Assembly: GCA_001643675.2 (NCBI GenBank)
Contig: LSRY02000027.1
Location: 1 to 64,000 of the forward strand
From: Monocercomonoides exilis PA203
Taxonomy: Eukaryota; Protista; Preaxostyla
Length of the DNA: 64,000 nucleotides
Direction of reading: 5' to 3'
This document shows, in pieces, positions 23,560-34,680 of the stretch (positions are counted from its first letter, which is position 1; the number at the start of each line of letters is the position of its first letter). A model generated the notes under the pieces. It was not told the origin of the DNA. It worked only from the letters and a program-made list of their open reading frames with translations, and made no database searches. A program made the translations under genes and the position numbers.

Positions 23560-23865
23560 TTTGGGTTAACCCACACAGGAGGGTCTGTTTGGCAGGGCCC
23601 AGGCCCTGTGAAAAGGCAGGAATTGAGGTTTTAGAAGGCGTCCGCTCCGCGTCCGCCTTCTACGAAGGCCACATACTGCCTATAGGGGCACCCCCATGAA
23701 ACTCGAGGGGAAGGCAAATTTTTTTCCAAAAAATTAACTCAAAAAATGACTGAAAAATCATAAAAAATTATGTTTTTCCCCTGGATTCCGGAATGATAAA
23801 TTCCAAATGGTAGTCAATACTAGAGTTGTACCGCACTCCGTAACCCTAACCTAGTTTTGAAATTC
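23560..23865 (+). ncRNA. Candidate structured RNA with telomere-template-like motif (possible telomerase RNA); boundaries unknown
   Basis: GC-rich hairpins: CAGGGC/GCCCTG at 23593-23608 and TAGAAGGCG/CGCCTTCTA at 23632-23662. They are followed by TAACCCTAACCTAGTTTTGAA (23841-23861), whose tail matches variant repeats in the telomere. Confidence 0.35.
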
Positions 23866-24914
23866 ACAGTCATTCGATAAAATTAAGGATTATGTCTCAA
23901 ATGGATAATAGCAAAATTCATATATAATTAATATTGAAAGTGTAATGTGTGAGAAGTTTCTTTCTTTGATTGTTAGAGTTTGAAATTTATTTCTTATTTC
24001 TCAAGCAACTTCATATGAAAGATCTTTTATGAACGAATGGAAAAATCAAAATTCTACACAGTTATAGAAGCCAATAGAAAATAATGTTATCCTTTTTCAT
24101 TTCAAAGAAGCTCAGCGTTTGCCATTAAGTTTCTGTTGAATCAAAAGGAAACTTAAATTCTGAAAAAACTCTCCGAATCTTTGTTCGAAATGAACATTCC
24201 TGTTTGTGCTCGGATTGATTGAACCCTCCAATTCAATAGTTTTTCTTATTAAAGTCTGACTTTGTAATTGTTTCCGTAAGCATCGTTATTTTTCAATTTA
24301 AATATTTCTGAAATTCTTTTCTTCATTCGCAATATTCATCAAATCAATCATTATTTTTTCCATTTAATTTTTGCATAAATCAAATATTAAATTATTTTCA
24401 GCATCAACAGTGTAATTTTATTCATTTTCAAGCACATATATCTTTAATCATTTCATCCATCTGATTCGATATTCAACTGTTGCATTCAAAGATTATCGAT
24501 TCATCTTCCTTCAAGCATAAATCATTTTCCACAATCAATATTACCATGTCTGCAATCAACAAGCCATTTGTGAAACTCAATAAATGCTTCGTTTGTTCCT
24601 TTACAGCAAGCATCACATATCAATCATCAATCCAACAATTGTCCATTTCATTTAGCATTGAAACATTCAATGTTCTGATGTTGTTTATTAGCCTTAACCA
24701 TGTTGTGATTATGCTTTTGATTTTCTCACGAGATCGCTTTTTCAATGTTAATCAATCAGACTTTCACAACTATTGAAATGATTCTCACTGCACAAAGCAA
24801 ACACAATTCATAATTAACTTATTAGAAACATGCACATATTGATATTTCTTTCTCTCATGCAGCATTCTTCTGATTGTCACGTGTCTTTAATCAAATTCAG
24901 TATCAAATAGAATA

Positions 24915-25364
24915 CAGTCTAAACCGGATATAATCACGTCGAATATAATCACATTCGTTTATTGTCACATTTCTCGATGCACCGAGATTTTTTGCTTGTT
25001 TTTCATTCATTTTTCATCGCATATAATCACAGGGCTGAATATATATAATCACATTTTGTTTCATTATGGGTGGATTTTTCAATGAAATTTTGAATTTTTG
25101 ATCAAAAATCTCATTTTTTTGATTTCACGAAATAATGTTTTAATAAGTCTAAATAACATAATAAAACATTAAAAATTGTTATTTCGATTGAAAAATGTGT
25201 GGTTGTGTGGGATTATATAAAATGGAAAAATTTATCCAAAATAAATTATTTCAAAAATTAATTTTTATTTTCTTCTGTGTAAAGCATCATCGTGTATAAT
25301 CACAATCGGATATAGTCACAAAAAGTTGTGCAAAAACCGATGTGATTATATCCGGTTTCGACTG
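24915..25364. mobile_element. Non-autonomous Tc1/mariner-superfamily (pogo-like) MITE, ~450 bp
   Basis: Inverted termini TACAGTCTAAACCGGATATAATCACGTCG (24913-24941) and CGATGTGATTATATCCGGTTTCGACTGTA (25338-25366) match at 27/29 positions including the flanking TA (putative target duplication). TATAATCAC recurs subterminally. No ORF. Confidence 0.85.
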
Positions 25365-25728
25365 TAGTAGCCTACGGAAATGTTTTCCCCGCAACAAAAA
25401 AATCAAAGAGATAGCAAACGTTTGATTGTTTGAACAATGAATTATTCATCCATCTTTTCGTACTTTCTATATTTTCACTTCGAAATGTTTGATTATTAAG
25501 AATGAAACAATGAAACATGATATCTTTTTATAATTTTCTGTAAACAGCAAATAAAAACAAGCAATCCAATACAAAGAGAAATTTGCAGTTTAATTGTTCG
25601 AAAAAGAAAAAGGTTATCAACATTATGATATCAAAGAAATTGTGACAGATAAGGAGTTCACACTGAAAAGAATGAAATTCTGCAAATATGTCTTTCAGTC
25701 TTTTTCACTCGCTTGCTTTCATGTTCGT

Positions 25729-28700
25729 TTATGCCTTTGCATTTTCCACATCTTCGTATTCATCACCCATTTGCAGTAAATCCAAAACGTTCTCCGGGAA
25801 ATCCAAATTAGCATCGTCGTTGTGTTCAGCCTTGATTTTTTTGAGAATGTTCCTTAATCTGTCGCGGCAAGAGTTTCCTGATCTGCACTTCAACTCTTTG
25901 CTTATTTCTTCGAAAGATTTATTGTCCAGCAATCCTTTCATCAAAACATCATCTTCCATTCGAGTCCACTTGATTCTTGTCTTGCAACTTGTTATTGGAT
26001 TCACTTCTCTGTTCTCTTTGAGCTTTTCCTTTGGCTTAAAGTTTGAAACTTCTAACATGATCTTTCCATCAAGATAGTCATCTATTTGCGATAGATATTC
26101 ATTTGCCAAGTTTATCAAATCTCCGCCACTGGTCTTAACGAGTTGTAGAATATACTCCTTGCATGCATGAATAGCTGTTTGATTCTTCTTTCTTTTAATA
26201 TCATGTGCCTTTACAAACTTTGCAGCTGCCATCGAATGCAATTTGGAGATATACGAAGATGGATATCCAAATTTCCAACAGGTGAACTTAATGATTTGCA
26301 AGACGTAAAATCGAAATGTATCCAAAATGCTTTCTATTCTCCATTCACTCCTTGTGATTTCGACATTATGGAAAACAGTTGGGTTTGACAAATCCAAGGC
26401 AAACGGCTCCTCAGACTCCAATACATCGTTAGGAAAATTTGTTCGGTTGGAAATTATAGTTGCTTTTGTTGTTCTGCTCACATACTCCTCCTCTGTTGGT
26501 CCGCCAAACTTCCACTTCGCAATAAATGAAGCAGTTTCAAGAACGCTTTCTCTCTTTAAAGGATTGTTCCCAATTTTCAAAAGAGCGGAACAAAGAAACC
26601 CTGATCGTAAAGAGTGGAAGCCAAAAAGCTTATCGGGATAGCCTGCCTGTTTTGCCCTCTTCTGTATCCTCACTCTCATTGCACCTTTGCGCAAGCCCCA
26701 TACGCGCTCCTAAGCTAATTCCCTCAGGTCCCATTTATCAAACTGTGTTAGAGACAGACCGAATTCTTGCACTAAGTATTCTTCGAACCACCAAATGAAA
26801 TTCAAGCTGCTTTTTGAACAAATGTCCCCCTCCAGGGTCACGCAATGGTCATCCATTCTGTACCCTTTTCCACATTCAACATTAAACGTAACCTTCAGAA
26901 AGGTTGAACCTGGCTTGGCGAACATCCGAACGATATCTTTCATCTTCACCATTGAACACGTTATGCTTCTGGAACCTGTCGACAAAGCAAAAATAAAAAG
27001 GGATGCTTCCCTTGGCTTCTCCAACACCCAGTCTGGAATACATCCAATAATTCTTTCAAGATCTCCGACAATTAAAGGCTCCTTCTTTTTGGATTTAATC
27101 AAATTTGCTCCTCCTTTTGTATCAATATTGAAGTGATACAGTTTTGTCTTCGCAGCACGAATCTCACTCATTGCTTGCTTCACAGCAAGCTTCACCTTCA
27201 CACTGACGGATGAATCAGATTGACTTTCAGAAAGAAAATACAAACTTGGGATGATAGAAGCACACAGAGACTTCACTGAATAACGAAGTCCAATTCCCAA
27301 AAGCTTGAGAAATCCATATGTTGGATCTTCCTCCAATGGCCAGGTTGGAAAATGAAACTTTTCACAAAACAAACAAAACATTCCCCTCATCCATTCATGA
27401 CTTTTCGATGTTTCTCCGTATGTTGGTGTCCCTCTTTTGATATATGTTTGTAAAGTCTCCGCGCTGTAAGTTCTGAGTGCATTAGATAATCGATTTGGTG
27501 TGTCGTAGACAAAGCGTGGAGAATCCATCGCTGGTGTGGAAGATCCAGTTGAAATCAAATCCAAAGGCCTGAACTCTTCGTCTTGTTCATAACCATACAA
27601 TTCCTTTCTTGTTTTTCTCACTCTGAAAGCTTCATCAGTTGTAATTTGCTCAATAAATGTGTACGGTTTCTTTCTTGACATATTCAATTTGTGCAACAGA
27701 GCACTTTTCGTCTTAGCCGTGTCAAAAACAGTCCTTCGCTTTTTCTTTTCCTTTTTCTTCAGAAATGATCTTTGTTTCTTTTGTTTTCTTCCTTTCACTT
27801 TTGAAATTTCCAAATCTGAACTTGCAATGCTTCCACAATTTTCCTGCGAACTCTCATTTTCTTCTTCATCATTATCTATCAGCATGATCTCTTTATCTTC
27901 AGCGGTTTGTTTTCTATCCATTTCATCCACTGATGGCTTTCTCTTCTTTCCCTTCGAACTTTTGACATTCACTTTTTCACCATGAAGAACCTTTCTGATA
28001 TCGATAAAAGTTAGGTTCTGAAGTTCTTCATTGACCTGCAAACGTTAAACTCTTTCTGTTGAAATGTCATTATTTGCTATTTCCTTATCATGATTTTCTT
28101 TCTCTGACTGTCTTCTTGTCGATATGGTTGAGAGTTTGGATGCAGAATATATTTCGGATGAAGAACGCCTTTGTTTGTACACTCTCTTCTTTTCCGTTTC
28201 ATCCACCTTTTGGTATTTCTTCAATGTTCCTTCGATGATTTTAGCGGTTCTGCTTTTCTTCGGTCGTCCTCTTTTTTTTCTCTTAATACAGGTTTTCTTC
28301 AATTCTTTGATGTTCTTTTCCTGTTTTTTGGAATTGTTGGGATCTTCCGTTTCTGATTGCTCTTCCAGCTGAACAATTGTAACGTTTGAAATCGTTGCAC
28401 CACATATTTTGTCCTTCAAAGCATTAAAATCGTTAACATGCATGAGTTGCTGCTCAAAAATAGAAATCAGCTCCTCGAAATTATCGTAACTCATTTGATT
28501 TATCGTGTTCTCCTTTGAAAAAGATTGATTAACATGTTGCGATGAACAAATATTGAAACAATATTGATCTTTATCGTTGCAAAACTCTTTCCGAAATTCT
28601 TTGTATTCGGCTTTTCGTGTTATCTCAGGGTAAATATGTTTCCTTGACCCATTTGTGGCTTCTGTTGCATTTGCAGTTCTTTGCATAAATTGGAAATGAC

Positions 28701-29430
28701 TCGAAAACATTTCTGGACATGCACAAACAGATGCAGATGAATATCCAACAAGTGAATCCGAAAATGTTGATGACTGTGCATAAGGATCGCTCCTATCAGA
28801 ACTTTTATTCATTCCTTTCGATTCAGATTCTTCAGAATAGAAAGTCTCAGTTGATGAATTCGTCTCCTCCTCATTTGATGACTGTAAAGATTGTTCTGTT
28901 GTTTCATTTTCTTTGTTGTTGTCGGAACTGAGTTTGTCTGGAAATTCGTCTGTTGAAGAATTTTCTATGTTGTCAATCTTTCTTTTCATTCTCTCTGCGC
29001 AGAGCTCGTCAAGATTTTCTTTCCTAACGGAAAACAGCGGCCTTGGGAAAATGCTTTTATGTGCGCACTCACGAATGCAATCCAAAGATATTTGCTCTGG
29101 ATACTGTTCCAAGACGGTTGAGTTAAAATCAAATTTGGGTAAGGAATCATCATTTTTCAAATTCATAAGCCACTGCGAGATTGAAGATATTTGGTCAGCA
29201 TTGTCCATTTTTTTCTTTTTGGCTTTTTCCTTTTGAGCAGCATTGTTTGCAATCCTTTCAAGCGATGGAGTGGAAATGACATCGTCAAAGCTACTGAATT
29301 GAACGGTTGAAGATTGACGAAGTGGGGACATTGGCGGGCTGATGAAGAAAGGAGAAGATGGAGCAGATATTGCATTTAAACGAATGGAAGGAGTGTGATG
29401 AGGGGTTGTTGTTGGAGTGAGTTGCGGCAA
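25729..29430 (-). pseudogene. Tyrosine recombinase with C-terminal Myb-like domain (copy 2); single reading frame interrupted by two in-frame stops
   Basis: ORFs 28045-29430, 26710-28041 and 25729-26694 share one frame, separated by TAA (28045-28047) and TAG (26710-26712). Motifs KEPLIVGDLERII, EASLFIFALSTGSRSIT, HCVTLEGD, AGYPDKLFGFHSLRSGFLCSALL, AKW and EEY align with copy 1. Myb-like KTRIKWTRMEDDVL...RSGNSCRDRLRNIL. The true 5' end lies upstream and is unresolved. Confidence 0.8.
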
Positions 29431-30827
29431 ACGGCAGAAATCTGGCTGCGAAGGCGATGCAACTCCTTTCTGCGCTCTTCTTTCGTCTTCCTTTTGATTT
29501 GTGATTTCTTGATTTCGTTCTTTATAGAAAATAAATTGCCTATAATAAAAACGAAAGAAATCATAAACAAACTGTAGAAATTCATTGTATTTTTGCTTAT
29601 TATTGAATAAACGAATTGAATTTTTAACAGTGAAAAATGCTTTGCATACTATTTATCTCCAGCGTATCGGAATCTTCTTAACATTGCAATCTTTCAAATC
29701 CGAAAAAAGAACAGGAAAAATAGATAAATTGTGAGAAATTTATATCAAAGAAATGTTCCAAACTTATTTTTATTAAATGTTCTTCAAAAATTAACAAGAT
29801 ATAAATTGGATTTATCAGAAAAATTTATATCCTTGGAAGTGATCAAGATAGATGGAGATAATGGTTTGTTCCGCAACATATTAAGGTCATGATCAATCAA
29901 TTATTCTTTTGTTTCAGATTTTTCCAAAGAGGAAAATTAGCGTATCAGATGTTGTCGATATTGAACAAGAGTTAATTTTTAAGTATGTTGGCTATATTGT
30001 AATTAAAAAAATATTGATTTTGATTCAATTTTTTGATTAGTTCGTTTTTCAATTTTCCAGAGCTCGATCATGAATTTGCAAGTGAAACGAAGTGGAATTT
30101 CTGTTTATCAGGAAAGTCAACTGAAAGGCAGATAAGATTTCATCAGAAAGAAAAGCTGAACTTTATGATACAAGTTTGCCAAATTTTGTTGATTTATCTT
30201 TGAAAGTGAATAGTAAATTCTTTTTATCAGTATTCATGGTTAGGAGTTAGATCATAAAGCTGTTTTCAGGCAAATTAATCTGTTCTTTTTATGAAAACCG
30301 AATATTTTCATTGACGAATGAAAACAATAAGATTTTATGTTTCCATTTAATCAAATAAAGAAAAAATCAATATTTTTGTATGTTAATGCAGTTTACTCAT
30401 CTCATTCGTTTTTAAAAAAACACTTTATTCATGTTAATAACAAAGCATTTTTAAAATAATCATCATATTTTATGAAAAAAAAAGGATTTCTCAGACAATA
30501 ATTAATTTTCCACAATCAAAACATATATTTCATTGAAAAATAACATTTTCAAATTATTCCAAAAAGTTTTGGAGCAAAAAGCGGGAAAGATCGGAAGCTT
30601 TATTATTTAAATTAGGTTAGCAGTATTAAAGACCCACAACTTCATTTGAATTTTGCCGGTCAACCGTCCAACCAATTTCCACAAAAAATATATCAAACGA
30701 TTGATAAATCTTTGTTCTTAATTTCCATTTCAACCACCACATTTATAAGTCCTTCAAACCCTTCAAATTCTCAGTTTAGGTTAAACTTTTTTTCTAACCT
30801 AATTTGGTGAAGAAGAGATGGTGAACA

Positions 30828-31500
30828 ATGAGAAGAAGAAGGGGGAAAGGAAGTTATGTTAGAGATGATGAAAGAGAGAAAGAAAAAGATGAGTTTCAGT
30901 TTGAGAAAAAATTGAAAGCTGTTCAGAGGAAGCAATTGGTGAAAGAAAAGAAAATTTTGATGGACAGAAAGAGAGCTAACAAGAATTATTCAATTGGAAG
31001 AAGAGAAAGGTTGCCAAAAAGAAACAGAATGCGAATATATCTTCAGAAGTCTATCTATAACACAAAAAATTCCTGAAAATGATGAAATCAAAGAAAACGA
31101 AAGAGCTTCTTTAAGAAAAATGCAGATGATACTGAAAGAGATAACAGAAAAGAAAAAATGGAAAAAGAATGATACAAACCAACAAAAACGAGAAAGTTGT
31201 TTTATTTGTGCAAATAGAAAGAAAGAAGAGAGTGTTTGGGAGGCTTGTGGAAGGAAAGAGAGGAAGGAGCTGTTCTGCTGGAAGTGAAAAACAAGATGAA
31301 TGAGGATCATTACCAGAACAAAGAGATGATCAAGAAGCTGACAGAGCTGGAGTGAGCAGAAGTCACGAAAGACTGAGAAGAGATTGACGAGCAGATAAAA
31401 CGAATACTGACTGCGAAGAACATGGTCTAAGGAGAACAGAAGAAGATCCAGGAGCTGGTAGAGGCAAGCTGAAAGACAAGAAAAAGAAGAAAGTGCATGA
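30828..31500 (+). pseudogene. Fragmented charged/coiled-coil coding-like sequence
   Basis: Short E/K/R-rich ORFs in shifting frames with many stops; no recognisable family. Confidence 0.25.
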
Positions 31501-32205
31501 GAAAATCGATAAAAAGGAAAGAAAAAGAAAAGATCAATTTATCTGCATGATGTTTCATCTCTGTTTGAGACTCTTCTCATTTAACTTTTCACTTTCAACG
31601 AGCCTTTTATCACCGCCATCTCCTCTTCATCATCAATATATTCAGTCACATCCACTTCTTTTCAGTAATAAACTTTATTAAAAGCAGAATATCCCTCTTT
31701 ATCCTCGTCATCATTGTAATCAACTCCCTCTACAACTTCTTCTTATATGTTTCTTCTTATTTGGCATTGGATCAGAGCATCCACTTAGTCAAATGTTTGT
31801 TTTGTTCAATTCAGCAGAGCTGCTGAGAAAGCAAAAAATAATTTCATTTCATTCAACTTTTATCGAATTCAGAGCCAGAAACCGTCTTTTATTATTTTTT
31901 CGGAAGCACAAAAGAAATATTCATTCTATAACGGAATATCTGTATAAATTTTATGTCAACGGAAATGGTTCAATGTCAAATCAAGAAAAGCCGATTATCG
32001 GACACACAACCAATGAAGTTTTCCTCTGCATTATTTATTTTGAGATTGAAAGAATTACAGGAAGAAGAAAGAGAAAGGTGGGAAAAGATTTCTTTGAACA
32101 AACAGTTGCAGGGATGGTTTTCAAGAGATTTCGCAAGGCCACATGCCTTCAAAAAGTCGCAGAAGATGAAACGATGAGGGAAACATATTTTTTTGAAAGG
32201 CATAT

Positions 32206-33218
32206 TTAACAGAAAATTCTATGAAAGAAGAGAATAAATGCCCGACAAGCAATGCTGATTTCATCAAATGCGCATGTGAGATGTTTTCTTCTGTATTGTG
32301 TGCCATCTCCCCAATTTTCTTCGACCTTGCCTTCATTTGGACATATTTTCACCGACAAGTCAGCTGATGAAATGATTTCTGCCTTATGATCTGCACCTTC
32401 TTCAGAAGACCCATCGCGTTGTGTGTCCTCTTGTAGGGCATCTTTGATAGCCAGCAACACATTTCTTTGATGTCAAGTATGCTTTCCACGCATTCATTGT
32501 CAGCTGTATGCCCGTTGAGAAATATAAACAAATCGACATTCCAATCACCGAATGCTTCTGTTCTGTCATGCCCAAGAACCGAGTTGTCTTTCTGAGTGAT
32601 GCTTATCATGAAGGCGAACAAGGGCTCTTTCACAGAAGCGACAAGGGACTCACACACATAATACACATCTCTTCCAACACTCGCTTTGTTGGCTGAAAAC
32701 ACGATATTGGTGATGGAAAAGGAGGATTCTGACACCAATGAGCCTTCATTGAACTCGATCATGAGTGCTCCGCCTCTTCCTCCAGAACTTGTATCCTCGC
32801 TCACAGAGCAGCTGGAGAAGGCTGTGTCACTCACTGAAAAAGTATTGGCAGGGGCAGATGAGGCGAATGAGATGCACCCGCCATTGGTGGCAGTCTGTTG
32901 GTTTTGTGGAGCTGAGTTGATGTTTGTGATGGTGCAGTTGGCGAGGGAGAGGGAGAGGGCAGGGGAGTTAGCAATTGATGAAGAAATAAAAGAAGAAAGA
33001 AGAGGAAGTGCAGGATGAATGAAATGAATTCCTTTGGTGATTAAGGAGCGATAGAGGGAGTATGTGGAATGAGAATGCAAAAGAAGCAATAATGGAAAAT
33101 TTTGGACGAAGAACAAAGAGGATGGAGAGAGAAGTCGATAAGAGATAAGATCAGGAGAAGAGAGAGAAATAGAAGAATTTGAATCAACTGTTGTTCTTGG
33201 CAATATTTCCTTTTCCAC
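32206..33218 (-). pseudogene. Fragment of a beta-helix-like surface protein family
   Basis: ORF 32349-33218 has NGGCISF, FSSCSVS..GGRGGALMIEF and FSANKASVGRDVY, repeat motifs of the same style as the 34681-37134 protein. The flanks are short and disrupted. Confidence 0.45.
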
Positions 33219-34680
33219 AATTCCATCCAGCTACTCAATCACTAGACTGGAACCGATAATTCGTAATGTTGAAACTTTATAAATAAAAGATAACGAACAG
33301 TTCTCTTTTTTTGAATTTCAAAAAATACAAATTTGTAGCATTTTTCAAAAGTTCTATAAATATTTTTTCCATTTTATCAGCTTTGTTTAACATGTTAAGT
33401 ATCTTTTTTCACTTTTAAATGTGTTTTGTTGATTAAACTTTATTAATTTTCAGGTTCATTTTTATTAAACTTGATCAAAAAATCGTTTTTCGTAAAAAAT
33501 GTTAAATACGTATGTTTTTTTGGTCTTATAAATAAAACAAATATTCATTGCAGAAATAAAAGCTAAATACTTGTTTTTAATCAATCTAACTCTTTGATCA
33601 TAGAATACCACAATAGATAATATTTTTTCGATTTTTGATCTTTTTTTATGATATCAAAAAAAACCACCCATGTTATTGTTTTGTATTTTATCTCGCCCTT
33701 TTTTCCACGTCATTTGGGAGGGAGAAGTTTTTCACTTAAACCTCCCATAAATCGTGATCAATACTCATTATCTTGGAGCAAACCTGTCTCTCTGCGTTCT
33801 GTCAAGAAATTTCATTTCTGTAATCATTCAATTGATCCTGTCAAGCATTTCTGTGGTGAAACTTTGAACACTTCATATGCATCCATCTCTTCAACATTTT
33901 TATCCACATCTCAGATCATGTGTTTTGTTCATTTTCAGAATTATTTTCCATAGTTGTGAGCTACACTGAAAATGAAAAGTAGAAAAAAATAATCAAGAAA
34001 TGGTCTCACTTTTGTCAATTGGATCATTTGCAGCTCTCCATTCAAATTTTCTGTAAAAGAAGTTATTTTTTCCTAATTTGTTTACTCTGAAAGAAAAGAT
34101 AAAAATTATTTTGTGATTTTGTTCTTTTTTTCCTGATTGTTTATGTGGACAAACAATTTCAAGTTATGTGGATGCCGTTTTATAACAATATCCTTCTTTT
34201 TTTTTAATTCAATCTGAAAATCAATTTGTCGATTAAATTCAAAGAATTATTGTGATTTTTTTTCGAAATTGAATTGAAAAGAGATCAACATTATTTATAC
34301 AAATTATTCTTAGAGAAGTTTCTGTTATTGAAAAACAATAACAAATGAATAATATTTATTGTTATCGAGATAATAAGTTTTTTTGTTATGTTATTTTTCT
34401 TGATTTCTCAAAAGTTTCAGTGTATTTTTCACATTTTGAAAAAAGACTAATAAAAAAATTGCTTCCATATTTATCAACAAAGAGATTTTGGTAATATTTT
34501 GTGTTCATAGAATTATTTATCGAGTGATATGTTTTGAATAAAGTGAGAATATCTTTGAAAAAAACAGTTAAACAAATTGAAAAAGTAATTAAAAAGCATG
34601 ATTATATTATGCAAATGAATATACACAGAGATACAAGAACAAATGCTTATTAAGAAGATGAATGATGGATCCCTTTTAAA

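Noticed and set aside
19209-29430. DIRS/Ngaro retrotransposon or prophage integrase assignment
   Set aside because: No RT/RNase H/gag, split or inverted LTRs, or phage genes are visible; the context is eukaryotic.
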